A stretch of 64,000 bases of DNA from Chiloscyllium plagiosum (Eukaryota), in contig NC_057711.1 of the NCBI RefSeq assembly GCF_004010195.1, forward strand, positions 81,717,238-81,781,237, in the 5' to 3' direction. The notes under the pieces are model-generated. The model did not search any database. It was not told the DNA's origin and was given only the letters and a program-made list of their open reading frames with translations. This document shows, piece by piece, positions 27,801-41,922 of this stretch. Positions within the stretch are counted from its first letter, which is position 1. Every line of letters starts with the position of its first letter. A program made the translations under genes and the position numbers.

Positions 27801-29167
27801 GGGTGGTAAGCACCAGTGAGCCTGACATTGGTGGTGGGCAAGTTGTTGGAGGGAATCTTGAGAGGCGGGATGTATATGTATTTGGAAGGGCAAAGACTGA
27901 TTGGGGATAGTCAACGTGGCTTTGTGTGTGGGAAATCATGTCTCACAAACTTGATTTGAGTTTTTTGAAGAAGTAACAAAGAAGATTGATGAGGGCAGAG
28001 CGGTGGACGTGATCTATATGGACTTCAGTAAGGCGTTCGACAAGGTTCCCCATGGGAGACTGGTTAGCAAGGTTAGATCGCATGGAATACAGGGAGAACT
28101 AGCCATTTGGATACAGAACTGGCTCAAAGGTAGAGACAGAGGGTGGTGATGGAGGTTTGTTTTTTCTGACTGGAGGCCTGTGACCAGTGGAGTGCCACAA
28201 GGATCGGTGCTGGATCCATTACTTTTTGTCATTTATACAAATGTTTTGGATGTGAGCATAAGAGGTATAGTTAGTAAGCTTGCAGATGACACCAAAATTG
28301 GAGGTGTAGTGGACAGCGAAGAAGGTTACCTCAGAATACAATGGGCTCTTGATCAGATGGGCCAATGGGCTGAGAAGTGGCAGTTGAATTTTAATTTAGA
28401 TAAATGTGAGGTGCTGCATTTTGGGAAAGCAAATCTTAGCAGAACTTATACACTTAATTGTATGGTCCTAGGGAGTGTTGCTGAATAAATAGACCTTGGA
28501 GTGCAGGTTCATAGCTCCTTGAAAGTGGAGTTGTAGGTAGATAGGATAGTGAAGACAACATTTGGTATGCTTTCCTTTATTGGTCAGAGTTTTGATTACA
28601 GGAGTTGGGAGGGTATTGATTTGGCCACTGTTGGAATATTGCGTGCAATTCTGGTCTCCTTCATATCGGAAAGATGTTGTGAAACTTGAAAGGGTTCAGA
28701 AAAGATTTGCAAGGATGTTGCCAGGGTTGGAGGATGTGAATTAGAGGGAGAGGTTGAATAGGCTGGAACATTCCCTAGAGCATCAGAGATTGAGGGTGAC
28801 CTTATAGAGGTTTATAAAATCATGAGGGGCATGGATAGGATAAATAGACTAAATCTTTTCCCTGGGGTCGGGGAATCCAGAACTAGAGGGCATAGGTTTA
28901 GGGTGAGAGGGGAAAGATATGAAAGACCCCTAAGGGTCAACCTTTTCATACAGAGGGTATGGAATAAGCTACTAGAAGAAGTGGTGGCGGCTAGTACAAT
29001 TGCAACATTTAAAAGGTATCTGGATGGGTATATGAATAGGAAGGGTTTGGAGGGAAATGAGCTGGGTGCTGGCACGTGGGTCTAGATTGGGTTGGGATAT
29101 CAGGTCAGCAAGGACCAATTGGACAGAAGGGTGCTATACATCTGTATGACTCTGTGGCTCTATGACT
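24885..29167 (+). mobile_element. near full-length decayed CR1 (5' UTR, ORF1 with zinc finger and esterase, ORF2 EN/RT)
   Basis: ORF1 ICSSC..FICNKC and HIGTNDIG; ORF2 QTWLRDG, DKSPGPD, DFSKAFDKVPH, SGVPQGSVL, KLADDTK; internal deletion near 26830; 5' boundary approximate. Confidence 0.88.
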
Positions 29168-31513
29168 GCCTATATGGGGTAACTGTGATCAGAATCCCCT
29201 AAAATCAATAGGTACCTGAAGTGCTTAATCTAAATTACCAGCAAAACTTTAACTAAACATTTGCAGTGTTCTAAATCAGAGGAAAATAAGACAGACTTGC
29301 ACTTATGAAACATCTTTCATCGATCAGAGCATTGAAAAATGCTTGACAGCCAATTAACGTCTTCTGAAAAGTTGCAATGTAAAGGTCAACCTTTCAAACA
29401 ATACTGTAAATGTTATCTCAGTACCTGCATTATTGCCTCTAATCTGTGGGAAGATTGATAAAGTATAGTGACAGTCCTGATTGATCCAATTTGCATACAT
29501 GTCTGAAGTCGTGGAGTCAAAAAGCAGAGAAAAGCCCTTCAGCCCATTGACTCTGTGCCTACCTATTTACGCTAATCCCATTTGCAGTACTTGGCCATTG
29601 ATACTTCTCTGTTAGAGCACTGACCACTTGAAATTGTGAAGAAGCTTAATATCTTCATAAGTGGATCTTCAGCAGTGATTCTCTTCACAGGTTTAATCTG
29701 GCAGCAGCAAGATAAAAATAAGCTACTTGATCTTTGAGATAGTTTTCTAATTAGCAATGTATTGAGCCAAAATAATCATGAAATTACCCAAGCAGCTGAG
29801 ATAAGAGGTTGCAATTGTCATCATGGTGATGCCAAGGGGTCAGCAACTCATATCAGGTGTGATGACATTCACATACTGCTACATTATATGGATCAAGGAA
29901 GCATTAGTATTTTGTAAACTATTTAGTAAAACAGATTTCCCTGTTTCTCCACTTGAAGGAGTGAAGCATAAAAGACCCCCCTTCAAGCGTGAAGACTGCA
30001 GAATCCTATGCAACAAACAGCAGAAATTAGAAATCATCGAGATTGCCATTATTAACAGACAGTATCTTCTCTTTGTACATACTGATCTATTCAGCTTGCT
30101 ATCACCATCCATCTTATCATTAGTAAGTGTTAAAGTTCTAGTGCTTTCAAACATGTTATATTAGAGGATTAAAGTATATTAGTATTTCCGGTTCCTAAAC
30201 AGAAAAATATTTTGATAAAAATCAGGGGACACTGTACTTGCAAGTAAAAGATCATCGAGATGAAGATCTGACAGCCAACATTAAATATCTGATCCACCTA
30301 ACCTAATTATGTTCTGCGTAATGTGGCAAGTTAAATTATAGAATGATAATTCCAGAGTGTGAGCATTACAAATGTTATACACCATCTCTCCTTTATCTCC
30401 CTTTGTACTGATTTCATTAGCTTTCAAATCAAGCTGCTTAATATTATAGTAAAAATGTGTTGTATGACATGTCTTTTATAAAGTCCACATCTTTTCATTT
30501 CTATTTTGAATTGTGGACCAAAATGGCTAAAGAATACTACTCTAAACCAAGGATTAAGGCAAGAGACCTTGCTGTTTTAAATGATTTACTAGAACATATT
30601 CTGAGTTTTATTAATACGAATGAGTGAGTGAGTGAGCAAGTGAGTATTGGTTTTTCAAACAGTATAATTTTTGTACATCAGTATTACTCAGCATGACAAC
30701 AACTCTCTGCGGCATGTAGACAGCCTGAACAATACATTGGGGAAAATCCCTGAGCTGTTAAAAAGATTCCTTGTAGATTAGTAATAAAGAATTAGAATAT
30801 ATCGAGCTAGTCTTTCTCATAATTTGCCTGTAAGTCATTTCTTCTAACTTGTTACCGATAGACTGAACAATTAGCATGCCAGCATCACCCCCCCCCCCCA
30901 CCNNNNNNNNNNNNCTTTCGTTCCGTGCACACCTCCACCCCCACTCCCCAACTGTATCTTCAGAGTTGGAGACTGGAGATTAGAAGGAGTCAGAAGAAAC
31001 AAAAAGACATCTCACTAAATCCTGTGGACTGGTGCTATTAAACGGTGTCCCTCTAACTTTCCTCCCCTCCACAATCAACATGCTTCTCTCAGTGTCTGCC
31101 TACATGTGTGTAATGGCTTAAGAAAGGGCACTTTTTAAGTTAAAGATTTGTAAGTTGACAAGATATATTTTGCTTGCCTCTGATTAGAATTGATTTTGTA
31201 ATAATAAACAATAGAATTTGTTAGGTACATAAACCTGGTCAGTGTTTTCTTTCAACCTGGATTTACCAACCAAGTTGGTGATTATGAGTAATTTAATAAA
31301 ATTTTTAACTTTTCTGACCACCCTGGGAGTAGTTCAAATAACTGAAATGAACATTTCTGTTGAGATAGGGGACATGGGAATATGACATGAATGTACTAAG
31401 CATTTGCATACTTACTAGAATAAATTTCCAGATCTGTATCTAAACAATAAAGAAAACATCGGACAACGTACAGAACGCAGCAAAAGATTCATCATGATCT
31501 GGTGAACATTTAC

Positions 31514-31630
31514 CCTATTTTGCTGGTTGTTGTGGAGCTGAGGTCAAGATATTGTAGCTTGTGGCAGCTCATGGCTAAGGCCTGCACACCTGTATCTGTT
31601 ATTTTCTTGCAGCCACTGACATCAAGGTAC
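31514..31630 (-). CDS. LRR protein internal exon
   Basis: ttttttatcaacag| acceptor and AGG|gtaaat donor; 117 nt, phase 2 to 2; YLDVSGCKKITDTGVQALAMSCHKLQYLDLSSTTTSKI. Confidence 0.92.
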
Positions 31631-31749
31631 CTGTTGATAAAAAAGAAAATGAACCTCAGTGAGATTAGACTAACTAGAGTGTTTTATCTCACTAAAGTAA
31701 ACTGATTTCTGCTTGAAGAGAGAGTGACTCAACTTCACTTTGTCTTGTT

Positions 31750-33210
31750 TTTCTCTTACTCTGCTATTGATGTGAAACAAACAAAATCCAAGCAGCACAC
31801 TTTAACACCATTTCATAAGGGGAACAATCTGTTGCAGACTATGGGGCTGTTCTACAAGACATTAGAAAACTATGTGTTGAAGAGAAACATGGAAATAACT
31901 GCCTCACTTGTCACCTTGCAAGTATTTCTATGAAGCCCTCCTCACAGCCTGCACACTTATTTCTGCAGCACTATTTGATGCTTGGTGACATGGTAATGCA
32001 GAATGTGCTTTACTCGTATTCAGAAATGTATTTATAGTCTCCTGATGTACACAGTGGATCATTATCTAACACCAGCATCTCCAGGAACCCATAAATTTAA
32101 AAAAAAACTTTTCTAAATCTCAACAGTTTTGGTACATGCAGCAATTGATATATAAAATCAATATTATTCCACTTGTTAAAGCTGTCAACCTAAACAGGTC
32201 ACTCTTTCTTTTCCACTTAAAAGAAATTGACATGTACTCAATTCCATGGATTTCTGTATTTGACCATGGAGTGAAATGAACCTTGATGAGCTAATTTCTT
32301 ATTCTGAGAAAAACTACACACAACTTTTCGTCAAGTCTTTGATATCTCTACCTTTGGATACTCTTAAAAACTTTTTGTTACTGCTATCATATTGACTATC
32401 CATGTGTGCTCTTGTTCAAGTCTCTATAACAATTTCCCTCAACTTTGGACAAAAAGTAACTCAAACCTCACAGGAGCCAGCCTTGACCTACGCTCAGTTC
32501 ACTTCTATGTGTGAAATCTTTCTGCAATTTCTCATTATCACTGGTGACATAATTGAGTACTGAGAACCACACAATTGTTAGTTTCTTCATTAACTTCTCT
32601 TGCAGACACCAGCATATTATTCACGTATTGGTTATTTGTGAATTATTTTGCTATGGCTAGATATAAATCAGTCTTCAGGGGAAATCTCAAAAAATGCTCG
32701 CATTTGCAGATCTGCTAACATTTGATTTTGTACTGATGGTGATGGACCAACAAAATGTACAACTCTGAAGCTGTGATGACAGGGATGGTGCTACTTTGTT
32801 TGAGTCAAAGATGGTCATGTGGGCTTGACAGTCAACAAACAACATGAACCTCCTACTATAAGAGTATTTGTGAAGTTTAGTAATGCCACATGCATGTATA
32901 ATCATAAATGCCTGTTTCTCGACTTGGGAGTAATTTTGCCCTCACTTCAGTAAAATACATGAAACATATGCTACGGGATTCTCTAATCATCTTCCATGAG
33001 TTGAGAAATATATTACATTTACGGCGAGACATTATACACTAAATCGAGTAATTTCTTGGGTACAGTGAGTCAAAATATCATCACGACTGATCACTGCTTC
33101 CTTCATTTCTTCAAATGCCTTCTAACACTCCACAGTCAAATCCCCATCCATCCAATCGATGAGCAACTGTACAATGTTGCAAACATATTAGCTAAATCAG
33201 GAACTAACTT
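31750..33210 (-). pseudogene. Gypsy/Ty3 pol remnant (RT connection, RNase H, integrase)
   Basis: AFEEMKEAVISRDDILTH; NYSQVEKQAF..KLHKYSYSRRFMLFVD; HRSELSVGQGWLL; LVLDNDPLCTS; order RH then IN. Confidence 0.8.
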
Positions 33211-33339
33211 AAATGATATGCATCAATTCCTGTGAATGTTCTAAGCTCTTCTGTAATCTCTGACCTCTTTATTTTCAAATCTTGCATTGGTTGGGTACTG
33301 TCAGCATTTATTGGTGATCTTAGTGTGTTACATGTTGAA

Positions 33340-33677
33340 TGAAGGCTCAGTGGTTAGCACGGTTGCTGCACAGTGCCAGGGATCCGGATTAGATTCCAGC
33401 CTCAAGTGACTGTGTGGAGTTTGCATGTTCTCCCGGAATCGACATGGGTTTCCATTGTGTGCTCCGTTTTCCTCCCACAGTTCCAAGATGTGCAAATTAG
33501 GTGAATTGGCCATGCTAAATTATCTTGTGGTGTCCAGGGATATGCAGGCTAGATGGATTAGCCATGGTAAATATGGGAATAGGGTGATGAGCTGGGTCTT
33601 GGTGCAATGATCTTCGCAGGGTCAGTGCAGACTCAATGGGTCAAATCGCCTCTTTGCTTACTGTAGGGATTCTATGA
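33340..33677 (+). mobile_element. older HE1-like V-SINE
   Basis: cagtggttagcac head, V domain, gtgaattggccatgctaaatt, tail ctgtagggattctatga. Confidence 0.85.
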
Positions 33678-33964
33678 CGTCATCATGAAGTAACTCTTGG
33701 GCTTTTTAACATTAGTATTATTCCATTAAAGTTGACCAAAAGGACTATGGCAGTATAGCAGAACTGACTGTCTGACTTGCATAGCTATTGGGGGTACAAC
33801 AATCCTTGTCTTCAGCCCCGACTGTCATATTTCGCATATTGGTTTTCTTGCTCTCTGACTAAATAAAACTCCTGATCTGCCTGTTCAATACATCAACTTC
33901 TGATCTATATCTAGCTTTAGATCTACTGTGACCTTAGCTTAGTTTATGGCTAAAACCATTTTAT

Positions 33965-34250
33965 CATTAATTCACAGATGTGGGCATCACTGACTGGACC
34001 AGTATTTATTGCCCATCCCAGAGGGCAGTTAAGAGTCAACCATATTGCTCTGGGTCTGGAGTCACATGTAGGCCAGACGAGATATGGATGATAGTTTCTT
34101 TCCCTAAAGGGCATTAATGAACCAGATGTGTTTTTCTAACAATTTACCACAGTTTCATAACCATCATTAGACCCTTAATTCCAAATTTTTATCAAATTCA
34201 AATATCATCTGCCATAATGGGATTTGAACCCAGGTCCTAGAACATTACCA
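33965..34250 (-). mobile_element. tRNA-derived SINE with a conserved central domain (further copies about 7385-7560 and 8165-8480)
   Basis: gcagttaagagtcaacc...ggtctggagtcacatgtaggccag...aatgaaccagatg; B-box complement ggatttgaacc; tail shared with the LINE at 47855. Confidence 0.7.
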
Positions 34251-37200
34251 AATCAATAGGTTAAGAGTCTAATCTGCAGCTGACCATGACCTGTCTTTTT
34301 TCCTCTACTCCTACATGTCATCTTGATATGACTAACTTTCTCACAGACACAAACTTTGAGTGGAAGGGGGACACAGTTAAATGTCTGGTGGCTATAATTT
34401 CTGATTCAGAGAGTGAACTTAGCTGCTGTGGCCTGGATCCCACTGAACTCAGGAGGATCTCAACTACAAGCTCAGGAACAGAACTCCCTTGCAATTTCCA
34501 ACTCTCTCTTTCTGCCATTTCTATGGCTTTGGCTTCATGGCAAGGCTCCTCACACATTAACCTATTGTCTTTACAGCTTGGCTTGAATTTTATGGTTCTT
34601 TAGGCAACCTACAATGTGTCTGTATTGCCGCTGTTTAAGTTCACACCATACCTCCAACCTGGCAGAGTTTTATTAAGTGAAGAGAGGAATCAAGGATTAT
34701 CGGGAAAAAATACAAGAAAGTTAAGCATTGTCCAATTAGTCATGATCTCATTGAATGGCAGAACAAACTCGATGGGCTTGATTTCCTACATCTGCTCCTA
34801 AGTCCAATGTCTTAAAAATGTAATCTGCAATAGTTTCACTTAGCAATTGCACCCTTTGATAAAGCATAGCTTTCAGTGCAATCCTATTATTAGACATGTC
34901 AATAATGTACAGAATTTAATTAATTTCAGAATAATCCATAATATTGAGGTGATGTGGACACAGTTGGTTTGTCACCACTTCAGAAGCATTTGGCTCCTTC
35001 ATGGTGAAGAAAACATTTATTTCAACTTCATTTCCTATTTTGTTCATTTTCAGCCAAATTTGCAAGCTTCAATTATTATTATTCTTTGTCAGGGTTGAAT
35101 TCCTCTATTAGGTCAGCAGTGCTATGTTTCAAATTACAGATGTTGCTTTTACTCAGTGTGTACCTGAACACAGTAAGCAAACACAAATCCACTTTTAACT
35201 TGCTCAAAATCCCTCAAAATTAAATTGTGAATTTCCAGCAAGTATGTTATAATGTTCTCCAGTTCATAATTTCCTCAAATGAATGTAAAAAGATTTCCTT
35301 CGGAGCCTCATCGCTATTTTTCTGTTGTGTATTGCGCAGAGTACAACATGCTCAATTGGAAGCAACTTTGACTGGACCAGCTCTATCTACATATTCTCAG
35401 CAGATTGGGCAGTATAACCAATCTATGAGTTCTCAGATTTTACAATATACAAGTATTAAGAGAATGGTAGCTATGCATTTCAATTTTGCTGATTTGTCTT
35501 CTCAGGCTATGCAAATTATTATTTTGTTGCACATCTAGAGAAGTGTTATTTGAACCTCTGTCCTTTATTCGTACTCTTCCAAGATATAAAAGCTGCATGG
35601 TACAGGCTGCAGTTGACATCAAATTTGTGCATTGATGTTTTCTGCCACCAACTCTCTTTCCCTGACTGGGTCTAAGAACCTATTTGGTTTACAGTGATAG
35701 TGAGTCTTAACAACAAGAGGCTTTTGTCATAACAAGATGTAGTTCACTGCATGACAGGAATTCAATACAAATTACATCTGAGCATTAGAAGTGGTTAATA
35801 AGACTGTGATTACACCTGTGGATATTGGTCTTCACTCCACAAGATGCTGAGATGGTCTGTCTTATCCCTATCCAAGCTAATATGACATTATCAGATTGGT
35901 TGGAACTTTACGCAGTCTCAAACATTAACCCTTTCAGAACAGTTGCCTTACACAATAGCTAACAGCAATCAAATTCCAAGATGACTAATCTGATCCGCTG
36001 CATCCTGTTAAGTAGATTCTTGAATGGCTAAGGACCTATAGTTGCAGAACGTAACCTAAAAGGAGGGCTGATCCTTTATAAGAAATATCCACTCATTTCT
36101 TAATATTCTTTTAAGAAACTCCCTTGAACAGCGTAACCCCCAGTATTTTTGATATGCTTATTTTGTACACATGGCACATGTACCAGGTAATGTTTTCTCC
36201 AAATTGACACAATTCTGCATAAGATCTAGTTTGAAATAAATTACTTCCTTGAACTAGTCTTGTACTTCTATAACCACAACAATTTGAATGTTGGATTGAA
36301 ATGCAAAGCCATTTCACAGTATTTTGCAGAGGTAGTATCAATCTAAGTAACACAAAATCAAAACAAAATTGTTGCAATCTTATCTACTCCTTCCACAATC
36401 TGGGAATTTTGTGCACCTGATGTCAGGCAATTCATACCTGTCACCAGTCTGGGCACACACCCACACCTCCACTGGAGCCTGAAAGTATTCAGCATCAATA
36501 TGCAAATAACTCAGGATTTATCATCAAGTTTTGTGATGGCATTTTTCTATTTACTATTAGGCATAGTTTAAACTGTATTCACCTTTGTTTCCATGACAGC
36601 CACATTATGTGTAAATAACATTATCTTATGGCATTTAAAACATTGAGCATGTGTACACAGTCAATAAGTTACACAATTTTAAATATGTTGACTTAATGTC
36701 AATCGAATCATTGGCACAGAATTTCTTCAAGCTGCTCCCATTCTGTCAAGATAATTTCACCACAAGTGCAACAGAAGTAATTTTATAAATATAAATTAAT
36801 GGATATGGAGTGGGTTGTAGCTCCATTAATTTTAGAGACTGCAAATCTATTTACATAAAGGTAACTATTTACCATGTTTCCTATTCTTTTGACTGTGAAA
36901 GGTCAGAGTGGACAAAATTTTATCTGCATTTTTCTTGATGTTTCCATTAGTAGAAAACAAAATGTACAACTATTCTTCATCAACAGCTCCACCATCACAG
37001 ATGGATAAAAGAGAGGGCTTCAGCTTGAAGAGCTTTTTTTATCTTCTAATAATTCAAAAAGGCCACAGCTGCCGTGCCATAATTGTGGGGAGCCTACCCC
37101 TCCAACTTTCGTCTGCCACCAGGACTTTGCATTTATTTCTTTGCCATGATTCAGCCTCAATGCATGTTGATTAGAAAATTCCAGCCCCTGCAAAGTGATG

Positions 37201-37587
37201 TTAATAGGCCCCACTCTACTTTAAACAGCCACCACTCTCCAACCACAGTCCTGCCTGCAAAGATTGGCTCAGAGGGGAGGCCATACTGGGAGACCAACAT
37301 AGCAGGAACTTATTGGCTCACCCTTAGGTGCATGTTAATGCTGTGTGTTAAGTCTCTTTCTCTCGTTCTACAGATGCCACCAGACCTAATGAGTATTTCT
37401 GGAACTTTTTGTTTTATCTCTCATTTTGCTTCTTTTCCTGTAGATAAATTTTGTTTACTTATGATTGAAATCAATAAAATGGAGATCCAAAGATGTAAAG
37501 CTTTATCCTACCTGTCCATAAAGCAGCATACCAAAATGCCAGGGAATCATTGTATTGATTATCAATAGATTTTCTTTTGTTTCTTAC

Positions 37588-37715
37588 CTTATGGTGGGCA
37601 AGTAGGTGCCTATTTCAAACAGGCTGACATCTGTCAGTTGAGGGCAAAAGCTGAGAGTGAGGCGGTCCATTTTTGGGCACTGTCTAACAATGTGATGCAC
37701 CACACGATCATGAAC
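37588..37715 (-). CDS. LRR protein internal exon
   Basis: tcatttttatag| acceptor and AAG|gtaag donor; 128 nt, phase 0 to 2; VHDRVVHHIVRQCPKMDRLTLSFCPQLTDVSLFEIGTYLPTI. Confidence 0.92.
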
Positions 37716-38212
37716 CTATAAAAATGACAATATGGCACCCTCGTCAACCCTAATTTTCCTCAATTAGTAAAATCAACAGACATGTAAAACATTATTTTAG
37801 TGCTCATCTCTCTGCCAATTGGATTTTTAAATACGTTTTGAACTCCTGTCATTTTGTATGAGTAGGTAATGGAATATGAGGTTTCTGTTCTAACCTCACC
37901 CTATTTTCCTTTTACCAAGCATATTCTGTATGTCCCATGAAGTGGTATAAATCAGGAAATTAGAAGTGTAAGTAGTAAGGGAAACCTAGTAATCATGGGT
38001 GATTTCAATGTACATTTAGATGGGGTAAATCCAATGAACACCAATGGTACGAAAGAAGATTTGCTAGAACATGTTTGAGTGTTTTCCAAACAACATATTG
38101 AGTTATCAACTAGGGCACCTGTTGCTTTAAATCTTGACTTATGAAATTAGAAAGGCCTAATTAGCATTCTTGAGTAATAGATTTTCTACAAAGCTTTAAA
38201 AAAATTGTAAAT

Positions 38213-38540
38213 AAAAACCAAAAGACCTATGGATGCTGGAAATCTGAAACAAAAACAGAAATTGCTGGAAAAAATCTTGGCAGGATCTGTAGAGAGAAGG
38301 AGAAAGTCAGGAATCCTGATGAAGGACTTATGCTCAAAACATTGATTCTCCTGCTTCTCGGATGCTGCCTGACCTGCTGTGCTTTTCCAGTACCATACTC
38401 TCGACTCTGTGGAGAGAAGTCAGAGTTATCCTGTAGGGTCCAGAGACCCTTCCCATTTGAGGGAGGGTCACTGGACCTGAAACACTAACTCTGATTCCTC
38501 TCCATAGATCCTGCCAGAACTGTTGAAAAAAATTGGAGTT
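38213..38540. mobile_element. fold-back family C element (host of a nested family A copy)
   Basis: aacagaaattgctgg arm; centre gagggtcactggacctgaaacactaactctg is a decayed hammerhead. Confidence 0.7.
38300..38405. mobile_element. family A element nested inside a family C element
   Basis: decayed motif gaatcctgatgaaggacttatgctcaaaacattgattc; TSD tctgtagagagaag (38286-38299) / tctgtggagagaag (38406-38419). Confidence 0.75.
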
Positions 38541-40429
38541 TGATGTAACTGATAGAGAACAGAATATGAAAGGTCATAGCAAGAAACATAAAACAACTGT
38601 AAAAGGTTCTACAGATATATAAGAAGGATAACATTAGTAAAGACAAAGGTGGATGCATTACAGGCAAAGATTCGGAAATAGAGAAGGCAGTGTTTGGTAT
38701 GCTTGCCTTTATTGATCAGTGCATTGCGTATAGGAGTTGGGAGGTCATGGTGTGGCTGTACAGGACATTGGTTAGGCCACTATTGGAATATGATGTTCAA
38801 TTCTCATCTCCCAGCTGTGGGAAGGATGTTGTAAAAATTGAAAGGGTTCAGAAAAGATTTACAAGGATGTTGCCAAGGTTGGAGGGTTGGAGCTATGGAG
38901 AGAGCCTGAAAGGCTGGGGCTATTTTCCCTGGAGCTTCGAAGACTGAGGGGTGACCTTACAGAGGTTTATAAGATCATGAGAGGCACACATGGGGTGATT
39001 AGCCAAGGTTTTTTCCCTGGGGTGGGGGAAGTCCAAAACAAGATGGCATAGGTTTAAGATGAGAGAGGAAAGATTTAAAAGAGAGCTAAGGCGCAGTTTT
39101 TTCACGTAGCGAATGGTGCATATATGGAATGAGCTGCCACAGGAAGTGGTGGAGACTGATACAGTTACAGCATTTAAAAGGCATCTGGATGGGTATATGA
39201 ATAGGAAGGTTTAGTGGGATATGGGCCAAATGTTGGCAAATAGGACTAGATTAATTTAGGATACCGGGTCAGCACGGACGAGTTAGATCAGAGGGTCTAT
39301 TTCTGTGTTGTATATCTCTATGGCTTTAAGCGAAAGAAATACTAAAATATCTTCCTGAAATAATTAAGATCCAAGGGTCAACTGAGAGTGCATGGAACTG
39401 AAAGAAATTAATATTAAACATCAGTATTGAAGAAGTTAATGGGACTGAAAATTTTCAAATCCTTGGAATCTGATGACCATCATCCTGGAGTTTTAAAAAA
39501 GATGTCTCAGACAGACAGTGAATATATTGGATCATCTTTCAAATTTCCACAAATTCTATATTGATCTCTGCGGATTGAAAGGTTACAATTATAACCCCAC
39601 TGTTTAAGAAAGGAATGACAGAGAAAACAGAATTACAAACCTATTAAGCTGAAGTCAGTCCTGGAGAAAATACTAGATGCTATTATAATGAGTGTGACAA
39701 TTGGATATTTGGTATAAAAATACATCAGATTGGACAGAGTCAACATGGATTAATGGAGGGAAAATCCTGTAACAAATCTGATAGTGATTTTTGATGATGT
39801 TATTGATCGAGTAAATAGGGGGGAACCAGTGGATATAGGAAGTATTGGAAAGCTTTTGATAAAGTTCGACACAGGAGGTTAGTAAACAAAATTAATACAT
39901 TGAATTGGGGTAAGAAACCAGCATGGATTGAGGATTGGTTAACAAGCTGAAAGCAGAGACAGTAAGAATAAAAGAATAAATGGAACATTCTCAAGTTGAT
40001 AAACTGTGACCGGTGAAGTACCACTAGGATTTGTGCTTGCGTCCCAGCTTTTCATAAGATTTGGAACGTAATGATCAATTTAATATTTTTAAAAGTTAGC
40101 AAATGATCCAAAACATGATGGGAATGTGAATGATAAGGAGTCTTTGGAATTTTCTATCCCGTAGTTTATGGAAGCTCAATCATTAAGTAAGTTCAAGACA
40201 GAAATTGATAGTTGTTCATGACACCAAATGTTACTGGGATAGCACACATATGTGGCATTGAGGTTGATAATCAGTCATGATCTCAAATGGCGCAACAGGC
40301 TCAAGGTACTGCATGGCCTACTCCACCTCATGTTCCTATCAGATGGGAGCAGACATCTATAACCTGCTAGAAGATCTGTTGCCTGCTGGGTTTTGATGGT
40401 CATGCATTATCAGACCTGTTGAAAGTTAG

Positions 40430-41110
40430 CAATGATTTCAGCATTTTTGTTCCAGCTCCTTAAAGAGGCCTGCCATAAACATATTCAGGATCTTATTGGT
40501 TGAGACCAAATGAAGTATGTTTCTGATGGATCGTTTGCCAGAAATGGCAATTTTGTCAACTTTGCTTGTAATTATATTGTTCAAAGTGAGTGCACACTCA
40601 GCTTGACAGCTTCAGTTAACTTTCCATCCATGGATGCCCATTCCAACAACACACAGCAAATGAGCACCCAATGGAAAATCTTTTGTAGGTGTCAATGAGA
40701 TTCCCAGAGAGCTGCCATAATGTTTTTGTCCTGCAGCACCACAGCTCAATGATCTCTTTGAACTTTAAAGCTGACTTAAAGGATAGTTGCTGAGCAACGT
40801 GCAATAATATATCAAAATGATGAAGCTTGACAATGAACACCATGTAATCACCCAAAGTGTGAACAGATCATTAGCATATTGAAGATGCAATTCAGTAAAA
40901 GCATTATCCTGCACAGATTTGGAGGGCCCTGCAATACACAGCAGACAATTCCTACAGAATGGTCACAGCTTGCTGTGCATTCCACAACAGCAAGGCTTGA
41001 ACCTTTATGAGGATAAAGGCTAAGATTGTCCTCAAATGATTCAGACTGGGGAAGAAAGAAGCAAAGGAGGAGGAGCATGATCATTGAGATGATGCATACT
41101 CAACTGCTCA
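40430..41110 (+). pseudogene. Harbinger (PIF) DDE transposase remnant
   Basis: RFPESCHNVFVL, EQIISILKMQF and ALQYTADNSYRMVTACCAFHN match HARBI1-type motifs. Confidence 0.75.
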
Positions 41111-41922
41111 CACTGTTGCCTAGGATGCTGGGGATAATGCTTTTATTAATCCAAGGTTTTATTTTTACAATCCTGGTTTTCAATATCCTCATAGTTTCTC
41201 GCATTCCTCTTTCTGACAGCACCACACCCCTCCAAGAGATCTGTGCTCCTGTAATACCAATCTCTTGTACAGCCCCGTTTGGTCATTCCTTCTCTGGAGT
41301 TCACTCCCTACACCTATCTTCCTCCAAATCACACTTTTCCAATCCCACAAATCATTCCAAATCCTTAATACCTACCAAAAGTACTACAAGGTAAAGATAA
41401 TGGTGGATATCTCATCATAACATAGATTTAGAAAATAATACTGTAAAGGGAAGAGAGGTGTGTTTCTGAAATTTGTTCAGGAAAGTTTTCTTCAGCACTC
41501 CACTTCTGGCCTATGAGGAGGCATCATTGCTGGATCTTGGGAATGAGGTAGTCAATTGGATATTGCGTCAGACTGGAACATTTAAGGAGCTGCACGTTAA
41601 GTACATTTTAAACAATTGGTTTGTCAACTGCAGCATAATAAACGGCTTCTTGAAGAATTTGACATGATGCATTTATGCCTAGTTTTTATTTCTGCAGTTG
41701 GCCTAAGAGAAAACCAACCAATGAGAGACTCAAACACACCTCCTGATTGCAAATGTAAAGGTCCAGTCCTGCTTCAGGTTTCAGCACCATATATATCAAT
41801 TCTTTTATCAATATGGCAGGGAGCACAATTATAGTTCATAAAATGCATGTGAGCTGCTGTCCACAGAATTACTGTCTCAATTTGCAAACTTATCTAAGCA
41901 TCAGATTTCTTTCTAGTCTTAC

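Larger units (their letters stand above)
37940..40340 (+). mobile_element. old CR1 with nested younger insertions (includes a CR1 3' fragment about 38680-39325)
   Basis: IMGDFN, TPLFKKG, KAFDKVRH; the nested piece has RVQKRFTRMLP. Confidence 0.75.

Noticed and set aside
30560..31340. Possible LTR or other repeat around the small gap at 30903-30914
   Set aside because: I could not define termini or a TSD.
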